The notes beneath the pieces were generated by a model. The model had not been told where the DNA came from and did not search any database. It was given only the letters and a program-made list of their open reading frames with translations. A stretch of DNA of 63,927 nucleotides, filler included, from Piptocephalis cylindrospora (lineage: Eukaryota), in NCBI GenBank assembly GCA_003614145.1. It is 10 parts of 10 records of this genome, joined end to end, with 100 filler letters (N's around TTAATTAATTAA, not from the genome) between each part and the next. Parts side by side here need not be neighbours in the genome. Positions count along the whole stretch, not along the records: positions 45,127 to 51,410 come from KZ988299.1; positions 51,511 to 57,794 come from KZ988300.1; positions 57,895 to 63,927 come from KZ988315.1; 7 more parts are not named here. One strand, 5' to 3'. The position numbers were made by a program, and so were the translations under genes. Below, piece by piece: positions 49,840 through 62,996 of this stretch (its first letter is position 1; each line of letters opens with the position of its first letter).

Positions 49840-51170
49840 TACCTTCTACCTTCAAGGGGGGCGGAGCAAGGGAGAAGAGGGATATGGGCTCGGGTTTCTG
49901 AACTTGACGCCGAGTCAGTGCACCAACCTCCACCATGACCTGCAGTAGCTCTCGAATTTCCGAGGGGCACGCGATAATTCCCAAACGATCATAAAGCGTA
50001 TCCTGATAGAAGTGGGTAAAGGAATCAATGATGAATTCTCTATCCCATTTTTAAGGCGCAGTCCAATCACTCCTTCCTATCAATATCTCACCTCATAGAT
50101 GCCAGGATATTGGATTATCAAGGCCAGGATTGCCTCCAAATAGGCCGTAAGGATAGGCTGGATAATCCTTCCGTACAGACCGATCCATGAACGAGGAATA
50201 TGTAGATTTAAAGTAGAGGGTACTTCCATATCCTTCTCCCCAGGCATGCAATATCCCACTGCCCAGTCAGGTAGGTAATCAAGGACCACGTACCGGATCT
50301 CCTTGGCAAATCCTAGAGACATCGCCAAGGGTTCTACCGTATCTCGAAAGCCGTGTTGAGTGAGAACATTAAGAGCCCGACAAAAATTAGTCTCCCAATC
50401 TTTGTCTTCCTTTTCTTTCACAGGCCCTTCATTCCCCTCTTTCAGTCGTTCTCCCTATCCATGAATACGACAGATATTAGCTCAATGGTCTTTTCCATCC
50501 TCATTGACAGCACTGGTCAACTTACTTCGATTTCCTTAATAGTCATTCCAGCCTCACCCGCCTGAACTAGCAAGTGATAAGTCCACTGCTCCAGGGGAGA
50601 TAGAGAGCGGGAAGAAGCCCTTTCTAGCGCCTCTTCCTCCTTAGTTCTCTTGCCTTTTTCAAGCAGACGACGACGATGCACCTTGCTAATTAACGCGCTC
50701 AGCTCTTCGTATTTATCCTCCAGCCGATGAAAAATACCATCACTTCCCTTGTTCCCTCCAACAGAAGCAGCTGAAAGTCTCTGATACCCAATACGTGCGC
50801 TCAGCGATTGAGGATCTGCCCAAAGAATAACGGGATGATATTAGACTCGGTCCAATCCCACCCTCCCCTTGCTTCGAGTACCCCCCCTCCTCTCCCCCTC
50901 AACTAACTTACTAAAATATTTGGCCGTATTACCCGGAGTGAGAGTGGCCTGGCCCAAAGGTGTAAAGTGCTCTCCGTACAATCGAGCCTGGCCTTGTGAT
51001 ACTTCAGAGAGGAGGGCTAGCATACCACCGGGCTCAATCGATCCATCCAAGTCTCCTCGACCTCCCTCCTGACGAGCGTAGTGTTTTCGATGGAATAACA
51101 CTGCCTGGGGGAAAAGGCGTTCGGGAAGCCCATTGGCCAATGTTGTAGCAAATCTGGTGGAAAGGGCAAA
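49594..51170 (-). CDS. Probable TFIIIC B-block-binding subunit (Tfc3/Sfc3/GTF3C1), C-terminal fragment
   Basis: Spliced winged-helix-like segments LLVQAGEAGMTIKEIE and PRSWIGLYG...AILALIIQYPGIYE...SEIRELLQVM; last exon ...TTCYWAPPDAYQR. Confidence 0.6.
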
Positions 51171-51622
51171 GGATGAAGAGGAGGGGGGGGGGGGGGGGAA
51201 AAACAGAGAAACCAAAAATTACACGCCAAGGGGAAAAAGGAAAAGCGGAAAAGAATAGGCGAAAAAAAAAAAACCCCAACCAAATAAAAGTTGCGCCCCG
51301 GCTTCAATTATTAAAATCTTATTCTTTGGGGGTGCAACCCCCCCCCCCCTCCCCCCCCCCCCCCCCCATACTAAGAACCAAACATTGATCTCCGAAAGTC
51401 AAGGCATTCTNNNNNNNNNNNNNNNNNNNNNNNNNNNNNNNNNNNNNNNNNNNNTTAATTAATTAANNNNNNNNNNNNNNNNNNNNNNNNNNNNNNNNNN
51501 NNNNNNNNNNTAGCTACATGGCCCTTTTCTCCCCCAAGGATCATGTGTCTATGGTAGAAGGTGGTAAGAAGGATGCTGAACCATGAATAAAGAAAAGGGG
51601 TTAACTTACCGACCGTTCCTAG

Positions 51623-52706
51623 AGTAGAGATCCACTGTTTGAAAAAGCACGTTGAGCCCACCCGCCTCTCCTTCCTCCCTTACCACTTCCTCCTTGCATC
51701 TGTCGGAAACCCGGGGAATTTACTTTACCAGGATACTTCAACGGGAGATGTAATTGCAGAGCACCGGACTCGTCTGGGCCGGTGCACGGTCATGGAGCAA
51801 AATCCCTGGAATGCTGTCATGCACCTTGGACACAATAACGGTACGGTTACTCTATGGTCCCCCTCCCAGGGTACACCCCTGGCCAAGATGCTGTGTCACA
51901 AGGGTCCAGTGTCAGCCATGGCCATTGACCGGACTGGTCGACACATGGTGACTGCGGGTCTGGATGGGCAGATGCGTGTATGGGACATCCGGAACTTCCG
52001 GTCCCTCCACGACTACTATACCCCCAAGCCGGCCAAGAGCTTAGACATCAGTCAGAATGGCCTGCTCTCGGTGGGGTACGGATCGACTGTGACGGTGTGG
52101 AAGGAGGGTCTGGAGCGGAAACAGACTTCTCCCTATATGTCTCATACCCTAAAGGGGGCATCGGGAGGGTCAGTGCGGGCCCAAGACGTCCGGTTTTGCC
52201 CATACGAGGATGTTCTGGGGGTTGGGCACTCCGGAGGCATCTCCTCCCTGGTTATCCCAGGAACTGGAGAGGCCAACTTTGATAGTTTGGTCGCCAACCC
52301 TTACCAGACAGCCAAGCAGAGGCAGGAATCCGAGGTGCATTCGCTCTTGGAGAAGGTTCAGCCTGGTCTGATCCAGTTGGAGCCTAACTTTATCGGCCGG
52401 TTGGATCGACCCTCGCAGGCTGTACGGGACCTGGAGGCGGATGATGATGCCTCTCCTAGTGCCAAGGGTGATCCGAGGAAGCGGGCCAAGGGCAAGTCCT
52501 CGGCCATGCGCAAATGGATCCGGAAGAAGAACCGAAATGTCATTGACGATCGTATGACACGTGTCCAGGATGCCCTCAAGGCCAAGCGGGATGAAGCCAA
52601 GGAGAGAAAGCGAGCAGCAACCGAAGGCGTTGTCCTCGATACGGGGAAGGAAGGAGCATTGAGTGGCTTTTATGCCTCCATGAAGAAGAAGCCCAAGGTG
52701 TATTAA
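51623..52706 (+). CDS. UTP7: U3 snoRNP WD40 protein Utp7/WDR46, 5'-truncated
   Basis: FLPYHFLLAS, QNPWNAVMHLGH.NGTVTLWSP, FCPYEDVLGVGH, PG.GEANFDS..NPY, RQESEVHSLLEK. Confidence 0.96.
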
Positions 52707-52871
52707 TTGTGTGAGGGAAAAGATGATGAGCTGTTAGGATGGGCTGAGAGGGAAGAATAGATGAATGAACATGTCCATGATGATTTTATTGAGAAACGTC
52801 ATATGCACAATGAGATGATCATAAAGCACGACTTATTGCCCTTGGATATATTTCCCTTCATTCTCTGGCTG

Positions 52872-53228
52872 TCAACCCTCCTGTTCCTCGAGAACCCCCA
52901 GGAGAGCACGTCCACTGGCGCTCCCCGAACGATGACGGGAGTGATGGTGGTAGTGGTTACGTGAGTGTGTGTAGCTCATGCGGGCAGATGAGAGATGGGA
53001 TGAGACATGTCCTTCCCGATCCTGAAGTCGTCGAGAGAGTGGATGGAGCTGGGAAGAGATGGTAGGATCATGGGGAAGACTGGTACGACGAGAGACCGGC
53101 TTCTTTTGGGGAGGCGTCTGATCCCCAGGACCCTTGATTTTGCCCAGTGCGCCCAACAGACGGTCCACTTCATCAAAGGCATCAGCTATACTTCCAAGAC
53201 GGGAGGCAAGAGCGTCGACCTGCGACAT
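52872..53228 (-). CDS. Hypothetical small protein (MSQVDALASRLGSIADAFDEVDRLL...)
   Basis: ATG in GCCATG context, amphipathic helix then low-complexity tail; no recognised homology. Confidence 0.35.
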   Translation of the reverse strand: MSQVDALASRLGSIADAFDEVDRLLGALGKIKGPGDQTPPQKKPVSRRTSLPHDPTISSQLHPLSRRLQDREGHVSSHLSSARMSYTHSRNHYHHHSRHRSGSASGRALLGVLEEQEG

Positions 53229-55107
53229 GGCGGATCGGTCGTATATGGGGGGATGGGGAGGAAGAATGGATGGCTCGTTCCGAGATGGGAAGAGAGAGAG
53301 AATAGGCCAAGAATGAAGCAAGAGAACAAGAAAAAAGGGGGCACAGGTAATCCCTCGTGCGGCAAATATATCCGGTCTTCTCGCTATCAGCATGGGTCCT
53401 TTATAAGACCCTTTCTCAACTGGAAAGGTCATGGAAAAGGGGGGAGAGAAAGATATCGTCACTGTTACCCATTGCTTGCTCCTCATGGCTGGACCCTGGA
53501 GCTTCATCCTGGGTGGGGAGGAAGGGAGGGGAGGGGTCCTCACCTAGGGGGAAGGCACTTCAAGGACCAGTGAAAGCCATAGGCTCGCACAGTGGGACAG
53601 GAGACCTCATCACCGGGTCTTACCTACGGCCATTCTCATGCCTACTTCCCATTCATTTCCTCCTTCAATCACCAAGAACCCCTCCCCCCCCTCCCCTTAC
53701 CTAGGATCTTCGGATCCGTACCCACTCACCTCGGGTAGTACCGTGGAAACAGATGATCATGCCCCCCACTATGAACATTGGCAACGTGAACATGTCATGT
53801 GCAGATCAGGCTGCTGACTTGACATGTCCGTCATGGACTATTCTTGCCAGGTCTTTTTTTTGTGAGATGACTATTAATAATACCATCTGTCCGGGCTCTA
53901 TCCAGGATAGTGAAAGATTTTAATGGAACTACCTAAATCAGATAAGCCTTTTCCCTTGCCCCAAAAGATATCTAGACGTGGGGTAGGAGAGACAAGAAGT
54001 CGGGCAGTCACTGTAATTACCTAGGTGTCTACGTTGAGCATGGAGGCTTGAACACCATGATTCGATGCCATATTGCCTATCTTACCCTGAATGAATCTCC
54101 CTAGAGAAAAAAAGAAGAATCCGGGAGAGAGTATTCACCCATTCCCATGTCTTGACACGCACGTATCACGACATTCTTCATTGCCGAAGGGGAGGAGGCT
54201 GCACAACTGTCTGGTTCTCTTGACTTGCACGTTGCTAGCCTTATAAACCTCTCTCTTTGTGTATCCTATCGTTCCGTAGGCAAAAGGTGAGAATTGGTCA
54301 GTTCCTTGTCAAGTGGTGTGCTCTCCTGTAGGAAAGACACTAGCTCCTGTTCCTGAATAATGCCGCCTAGGCTCACTCTCTTGCCAGTATATGAGAGGCT
54401 CAGGTAAAACACACACACACACACACACATGTACCTATACTTCAATCCTCATACTCATCCCTGCCTGTCACCCGAGGCCAAATCAACAAACTCCGCTCAG
54501 GCCTACTTGGGCTGATTGGATTATCGCCTCCAATCCTGCACCAATCCTCTGACTTGACTCATTTAAAAAGAGAATAGACAAAGTCCGAAAAAATTACTTG
54601 CCGGCCTGATAAAAAGCAGGTGCAGTCTCCCCAACACAGGACACCCAACCCAACCATCCTTTTTCATTACCCGCCCCTCTTTCTCGAATGAGCATGTCCA
54701 GGGGATGGGAATACTTTCTGGTTCTATCCTATGCCAAGCCCTATTCCCTCCCACCGGGGATTCAAATAGCAACGCGGGGAGCGGATCTCTTAGTAGATTG
54801 AATCTATCTCTTTCCCTTGACCATGCCCATCTCCCATCGCTAGTCTCACCACCACGTTCACCTGGACCTCTTCGGCAGCGTTTCACCTTTTCTTCCCAAG
54901 CGCTTCCCATCCTCCCCACTTGACTCGCCCATATCCACCCTCTATAAAGCAACCTAAAGGTCCACGCGTCGCCCTGCAATCTTTTACTTAGGTCCCCATC
55001 CCCACCGTCTCTACCATCACCGCTCATTTATACTTCCTAGCTCTTTCTACTCGCCACTTTGTTCATTTTACCCTATCCTAGCTTTTCCCTCCAGTGATAC
55101 GCTTAAC

Positions 55108-57197
55108 ATGGGACAGTCCAGTTCAAAGCAGCAAGAAAAGCGCAAGATTGACTACCTGAGGTATAAACGGGAGCAGCGGCTACGAGCCACTACAGCCCCC
55201 TCATCCACGGCTCATCCCCTCTCCCAAGGGTCGTATGTCGTTCCACCCTCAGCTAGGACTAGAGCTTACCAGACTAAAACACCTCCCTCTCGTCCCGCAA
55301 GGCCAGCTCTTTCCCCTCTCCAGCTCACCCCAAGCCATTCTCCAGTCTCCTCAACGGAATCTTCCCCGACCAAGGCTTCTGTTCTTGATCCGTCGGGTCC
55401 AGGTGGACGTGTCCATCGGCCCTTGGGCTCCCGTCCCGTCCCCCAGACTGTCAATCGGCCCCCGCCCAAGGCTCCTCCGTTTCCCCAGCTCCCAGCCCTT
55501 CCCTTCTCTTCTTCTCCGGTCCAAGGGGTCTTTCGAGTTCTGGATCCTTCCTCGGCCTCCCCAGCCATGAACTCCTATTCGAGCTCTACATACCATGAGA
55601 TGATGGCTTCCCCTTCTTCACCCACCTCTCCCATAGCTCCCTCGCCGAGTTTTACTGAAAGTTCCACCGAGATTCCTACACTCTCCTCCTCTCCTCAGCA
55701 CACTCAAAGTGCCAAAGAAACCCCCTACTATCTCCCCACTTCCTCCATGCTTTACCGGGGTGATACGGATACGGGAAGGAGGACATCGATTATCCTCGCT
55801 TCTCCAGCTTCCCAGGCTGTCCCCATGCCCCCCCACTACTATCGATACCCGTTACAACAGAGCTCCGCCGCACGTTCTACTCCCACCCTCTCTCCTCCTC
55901 TACATCCTGCCTCTCCTGTCCCTTCTGCTTCCTACTCTACCCAAAGTCAAAGCACTACCCCCTCCAGTCTACCTAGGACCCCTTCGGATGCTTCCATCCC
56001 CACCCAGGGCTATCCATTCACCCAAAAGTATCCCTCCTCCTCTTCCCCCACTCCATCCCACAGTGGACGTGGGTACCCAAAAAGTCAAGGTGGTCACCAT
56101 CATCGACCCAGCAATGTAGATTCCATCACCACAGCCCCTAGTCTCGAGAGTATTCGAGATCCCTATGCTTCCTACCGAGAGCACTATCGGCAGCATCCGC
56201 AGGTCAAACGACTCCATCGCATGAGCCGATCTAGTATCCGCTCCTCCTCTGCCTCCTCCACCACCAGCACTGGAAGTAGCCGTGTCGAGTCAGGCTACTT
56301 TCCTGCTGAGGATGCCGATGAAGTTCGGAGGTGAGTGAACGGATGGACCCACTATGTCTCTTCCAAGGCCCTTTCTCTGACCCTCTCCTCCTCTCCTCCT
56401 CCTTTGTCCATAGATTGGAATTGCAGCATAATCTGGTCCGGTATATGACGCGTAGGAACCATTTTTCCCCCATATCCTCACCCCGGCGCATCCTCGATGT
56501 TCATACTGGGACGGGTGTGTGGATGCGGGAGGTGTCTGACGAATTTCCCGAATGTACCTTCATTGGTCTTGACTCTCGACCCGGCCTTTACCGGTCCTCG
56601 GTCATGCCTTCAAACTGTCACTGGACCCCTGGGGATATTGCCGAAGGTACCCCACCGGGCTTGGAGGATGCGTCTTTTGATATGATTATCCACCGTTTTC
56701 AGGCCTTTTTCCTCCCTGCCAGCAGCTGGCACTATGTCCTTACCCAGTTTCGTCATCTCATTGCACCTTCTGGTCACCTCGAACTCCACGAAACCGATCT
56801 GGCCATTGTTAGCCCGGGCCCCATGGGAGAGAGGGTCAACGAATGGCTCATCCAAACTTGCCAAAACCGTTCCATCATCCCCTCCTTCCCCCGGGACCTG
56901 GAAGGCCCCCTGGTCAACGCAGGTTTTGAAAGGGTTCGTCGACGGGAAGTACCCTTTGCCGTAGGAAAGTGGGCTGGAATCCCTGGAGGGATGATGCTCG
57001 ATAATATTCGAGGCATTCTTACTGGTTTTCTTCGGGACCACTTGGTCCTCCCCGGTCTTGTCTCCGCTGATTATTTTGACTCGACGGTCCAGCAATGGGA
57101 AGAAGAGTGCGAGAAACTGCGCTCTTGTGTTCATGTTTACTTTTACACTGCACGACCTAATCCTCGGTACACCCTGGAGGAGAACAATGCGTGCTAG
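55108..57197 (+). CDS. LaeA-like SAM-dependent methyltransferase with a long Pro/Ser-rich N-terminus; intron 56331-56413
   Basis: GYFPAEDADEVRR^LELQH, RILDVHTGTGVW, FDMIIHRF, PSGHLELHE, LVNAGF, VGKW; MGQSSSK myristoylation-type start. Confidence 0.88.
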
Positions 57198-57894
57198 TGT
57201 TAATGATGGGATGATCTAATTATATATACATCTGGGATACCTTCCTTTACTCGTGTGCATGTCTTTGGGATGAGGTACAGGCCATACGAGAAGAGGGAAG
57301 GTTTTCATGGACCCCTCTAGAATCCCTCCCTATAGCACTCCATAAAAAGATATGCAGACATAAAAGAGGTGATGATGAATACATACTGCACAGCAAAACA
57401 CATTGCGTTGGCCGTAATAAGCCTCCACACGGGCCTTGAGCGAGACGAAGTCATGATCTCAGCAATGGGGAGAACGAGACTAAACTAGACTGTCACTTCA
57501 TTTTTATTACAGGTAGATCCGTGTAAGCGCTTCCTTTTCCCAGCCTGATAGCATCTTTTTATATACCGGTCATGAATCTCATGACGATACTCTTTTGTGG
57601 TATTACTCGTGTTAGGATTGTCTGAGGGCAGCAGTATTAGCGACTGCAACGCGGTACAAGATGAATGGAAAAAAAGGTTGGACAGGAGAAAGGCCCAAGA
57701 GAGGGAAGAAAAAGGAAAAGACCCCCGCTTCGCCTGCTTCTTTAATGCTCACCCCACTCACCCTACCTCCTCTGTGCCTCTACCTCTCTGGCTCNNNNNN
57801 NNNNNNNNNNNNNNNNNNNNNNNNNNNNNNNNNNNNNNTTAATTAATTAANNNNNNNNNNNNNNNNNNNNNNNNNNNNNNNNNNNNNNNNNNNN

Positions 57895-58819
57895 CCCCAC
57901 CCCTTCCCCCTCACACTCGACTTCAAGCGCAGGCTCAGTCCCACCCCAGTATCATGAGGCATCCAGTGCCGACACCGAGTTTGATCTTTTCCATCCTAAA
58001 GATATCAAAGCACTGGCTCTGGCTTCCACAAAAGAAGATAAAGACAGAGATCCATCTTATCATCAGCTCATTTCTAAGGTCCACCTTCAACTTACTATTG
58101 GCGCGGAGCACCTTAAAAAGGCCAAAAACCAACTTAGTAGAACTCACAATGAGAACTTCTACGACGATGAGGCCCTCAACATTATGAAGAGCCTTCGTCG
58201 CTCCGCCATTGCCCTGCCCGATTTTATCAAGGCTATGAAGCGTATTGACCCCGAAACGCATCGCCATTCATATCAAGGTCAGATTCACTCCCTCATCACC
58301 CTATTCAAAAAGAATGATTTTACCGATGCGAAGGCTTATGCTGCTGCGAAAAAACTCAAGCACGAAATGTATTATGACATAAGTAATCCTGAGGCGCTCC
58401 TTGGTCTTATTCCCGAGGCCTACCACATGCTGCGGATTAATATGTTTCTACACAATTTCATTCAGGGACGCAAAACCCTTAAAGAGGCCAAAACTTCCAA
58501 AGTGCACCACCCCCCGATCAGGGATGGTCAAGATCGTCTAGCTGCTTTGAATGCACCTATCTTAAGTACAAGTGATGATTTGCGAGAACTCCAGAATGTC
58601 GAGAAACTTCAGAAGGCGCTCGAAGCCGTTGAATCACCTCCAAAGCATTTTCGAATTCTAAATGACAAACGCCAATATGAGTCAGCCATTCAGTCACTCT
58701 CTGTGGCTGCGATAAAAAGTCAGAGTGTTGCACAGGGCGCTTTGACTCTGATCGTCAATGTTGCGAATAGTTTTCCCCCAGAGCTTAAGAGAAACACCTT
58801 CGATCAATGGGGATTGTGA
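57895..58819 (+). CDS. Orphan family protein, paralogue A, 5'-truncated
   Basis: Frame open from the contig start (PTPSPSHSTSS...DLFHPKDIKALA...MKSLRRSAIALP...); clearly homologous to 62997-63927(-). Confidence 0.8.
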
Positions 58820-59550
58820 GCTGATTGCCCTCATCTTACCCTGTGATCCCTTTGGATGCATGTGACAGATGTGTGACCCTCTGTCCCTTGGCTCCACTTT
58901 CAATACATCCTCTATCTTTCCTTGTGTTTGGCATGCACCATGAAGATGTCGGGAGTCAAGATTATAAGATTCCGTTCCCAAGAAAGCAAGGCCGCACACG
59001 AGCCATACCTATTCTAAAGGTAAATACATGCCATCTTCTCATAGTGATGCGGTGTAAGTCACGTTATTCGGGTCCTAGGTAAATTAGGGTTTTAGCAAGA
59101 GCTCCATATGAGCGGCTTCTTCCTGGTTGCACCACAACCATGATTTTTACTTTGACTAGCTTGCTCGAGGGTATCAAAAAAATATATGCTCTGCTTCGCT
59201 AGAGTCATCATTAAAAAGCCTCAATCCAGTCAGACGCGAGAATTAGTCTTGCTAGACTGGATACGACATTACTCGAAATGACTCTAGCTTGTGATGGGTT
59301 TTCCCGTGTCAAGTCCGCAGTGAGATCAAGATTAGCGGATGGCACTTGACTGGGCTGGGAACATTCTCGCGTTGACACTAAGTATTGCTATCCTCATCCA
59401 CCACCAGGCCTATACTTAAGCCTTTCCACCTTTGTGCCCCCTGTTCCCCTCCTTTAAAACCTTTGCCCCTACTTGATGCGCACTCCTCTCAACTCCCCCT
59501 CCCAATCACCCTCAACATCTCGTTATTCCAGTTAATATCCTTCTAGGACC

Positions 59551-61096
59551 ATGCCAAAGTTATGTCTGGAGGAGCTACCCCCAGAGGTCATAGGTGTATT
59601 GGCGTCTTTTCTTCCCACCAATGATCTGTGGGCCTTGGCTAAAACATCCCAAAGCATGCTCGGCGCCACAAGAAGTGCTTTGGGTCTCCGGAGTCTTCGT
59701 CCTTGTCATCCCATGTCGACGCAGGATATTGAGAGATGGAATGGCCTCATGACCCGTAGACCCATCGGCCTCCTTCGTCTTCCATCATCGAGTATCGGTG
59801 TCGACTTGTCTGACCTATTTTTCCTCGGACTACTTGGTGATATTCCCCCATTGCGACTTCCCAGGGGGCTACGGAGGCTGAACATTGTCTACAAGTCCAA
59901 GAAACAGCATATGGACATATTTGCCCTTCACACCATTGACCTACTCATGTCAACTCTTTCAGCCCAGCACGCTCGATCCCTCTTGAGGTTGCATATCTCT
60001 CTCGAGGGTATTGACTTGGCCAAGCTTTGTCTTCCGTCCTTTTCACTTTTAAAATCATTCTCCCTCAGCATGTGTCCCAAGCGCAGCGTTCTGAGTGAGA
60101 TCATACCCCTACCCGATCTTACGGGTCTCCCATCTCAGACATTGACCTCTCTCACCCTGCATCAATTGGATCATACTCCCCTTTCCCAAGTTCTTCACCT
60201 TCTCCCCCGCTTTCCTTTCTTGAAGTACTTGGCACTTCGATACTATCAACGAAGGGGAACGGCAGATATCCTGGAACAGCTTGTACACGGAAAATGCACC
60301 CGTCTTTCCACTTTAGATCTGATGGAATTGTCCCGACCATCCTCCGGGGCGCCACCCTTGGCCCATCGTGGGTTCAACGATGTAGATCGGCCCCCTCCAA
60401 GTGAAGGCTATGCAGAGCGACTTTCGGCGGCTTTTCTCTCCTTGAGCGCCCTAGGTGTTAGATTAAAGGACCTTAGACTGGAGGATATCTGGAGCGACCA
60501 AGTACCCATATACATGTTAGTGAATCGCCTATGGGCCTCCTCACTCCGCGTCCTTCACCTAACAACAGCTCAGGATGTCCCATTATTTGGTCTTGCCCAG
60601 CAGTATGCTCATTGGCCTTTTTTGGAGGAAATGACCATTCAGGATGTGGTAATGATATCATATCAGCCGAGCCTCTCGGCCCCCCCCCTTTGATCCCCCC
60701 TTCCCAAGGCTACGGAGGTGCACAATTAAAAGAGTGGTTCGTATGAATTGTATGCCCATCAACCACACCAATCTTTCTTCCCAGCCATCCCGAGGGGACA
60801 AGAAAATCCTGCTTTCGGCTCTAGATCTTTTTCCGCACTTGGAGAAGCTTGATATCGGCGATGTACCCTGGGAGTGCTATCTGTTCACCATGGTGCCAGA
60901 TTCAATCATTTCTTTCAGACCACCCATACACGACCCGTCAATAGCAGAACAAGTAATTGACCTGGCCAGATCCATTGGACCCAGACTCCTCGTGTTTCCT
61001 AAAGGGTATAAGATTGGGATGGAGATGTTTCCATCCTTCCCTCCTACCCAGAAAGAGCTTGGAAGAATTGGAAAAGTGAAGTTTGGCTTTTTTTAG
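59551..61096 (+). CDS. F-box/LRR protein interrupted by a +1 frame change at ~60680-60693
   Basis: F-box LEELPPEVIGVLASFL; LxxLxL repeats; the +1 frame continues DPPFPRLRRCTI...FPHLEKLDIG to 61096. Confidence 0.78.
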
Positions 61097-61562
61097 AATG
61101 ACTTGGTCGACTGAGTTTAGAATTTGTCTATTGGCACCGCTGTCTTTGTAGGTGAGAAATACAATAGCCCTTCGTGTCATCTACCTCTTACGATGGAGAT
61201 GTAGGCAGATAAAGGGTAAGAAAAATGATTGTTTCAGGATAGGGACATCGTTGGGAATATATAAAGTGGCCATTTTCACCATCATCACTGTATTCCTCTC
61301 CTTGACTTGAACGGAATAGTCGCTCTGGAGCTTTGAGTCAAGATATTCTCTCGATTGATGTGCTAAGGAATCCACTTGCATTCTGGAGGAATCATCTTTA
61401 TCTTTTTTGTCAAGGGGAATACGACTGTTTACCCGTTTGAAAGACCGCAGTCTGCGAGCGGCGGTTGACTCGATAGACAGGAGGTCTATCCTACAGTTCA
61501 CAGAAGCGCACCTTTGCTCACGCTTCCAAACCTCTCTCTCTCCCTCCGTCTCCCATCTCATC

Positions 61563-62332
61563 ATGTATAGTCTCGTCGCACTCCTCATATTCGTGATTCT
61601 TTTGCTATTCAGGATTGCTGTAGTAGTCCATGGTCAGGCTAGAGCCTCTACTTTATCAGGAAGAAAGTTGAAAGGTCTCTTAGCAGGTGAAGCAAAAGCA
61701 GAGCCAGTCAAACTACTCGTACTATTGGGTTCAGGGGGACATACAGCCGAGATGCTTCGCCTTCTTGAGCAGCTCAAGAGCTCGGAGCATGCCAACAAGT
61801 ATGCACCCGTACAGTATATTGTTACTGCTGGGGATGCGATGAGCGAGGGCAAAGCCGGTCGGTTCGAGGGGCTCTCAGAGAGGGAAAGTATATGCGCACG
61901 GATTCATCGAGTGCCCCGTGCTCGTAGAGTTAAGCAACCTTGGACCAGCACGCCATTTTCAACGATGTGGTCACTGATTGCATCCATTCGAATCTTATGG
62001 ACCGTGCCCTTTGACGCGTTCCTATGCAATGGGCCAGGGACCAGTGTTCCTTTGGCAATGCTAATCTTTCTTCCCAAGGTAAGTGCAGATATTCAGTTAC
62101 TATAAGGCTCAGCAGCCCTTCAACTAACCAATCACCCCTCCATGACAATCATGTGTAGATCCTGGGTTTCTCCACCCCACCGATTATCTATGTAGAATCG
62201 TTTGCCCGTGTCAAGACGCTGTCCTTATCGGGTCGATTACTATACCCGATTGTCGATTTATTCCTTGTGCAATGGGCTGATTTAGCCAAAGCTTGGCCCA
62301 AGGCGCAATACCATGGGATTCTTGTAGCTTAA
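61563..62332 (+). CDS. ALG14: UDP-GlcNAc transferase subunit Alg14; intron 62079-62158
   Basis: N-terminal TM, LGSGGHTAEM, PRARRVKQ, LCNGPGT, YVESFARVKTLSLSG, FLVQW. Confidence 0.96.
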
Positions 62333-62996
62333 TGAAAAGGAAAGCATGAGACTTGAATAGGCTCATCTGTTTTTATTTACATCTGGTCTCCGCTTCGGGA
62401 TCGTCAATATTTAGTTTATTTGTAGGTTTGGTGCCCAAGCGCTCACCCAACCGATAAGTTCATATTATTATATTACGCAGCAATGGGAGGTGATCTGGTA
62501 CCAATCATACAGAAATCATATTAGACAAGATGAAGCAGTGTCAAGGCATGAGTGTGCAAGGTCGATGCATTAGTACATGATTAACAAAGTATAAGAGGAT
62601 TTAACCTTAATTTCCTTAAAAGATAGTGATTGATGGAAGCAACAATGATGCTACTCTCCCTCTCTTCTTCTATAACTCACCCTCAGTCTATCCAGTGTCA
62701 ATGTATTGTTGTCTTACAGTTTACATTATCTCATCTATGGTTTAGGAGTTTTAACGCAGCAAGCACAATTTGCAGTGTTATGATATGAGAGAAGGGTTGG
62801 ACCAATCTTTGAGTGTAATAAATGTTACAATCATTGTGTTCCAGACATCGTCATGAATCACAAAGTGAGCCCAGAACAGAGGATGCATTGAGATCAAGGC
62901 CAAGGGACAGGGGAACAAGGACCACACATCCATTATCCTATGCATGCAAAGGGGGCATGGGGGCAAGACAAAGATAGTCAACTGCCCTAATAAATA

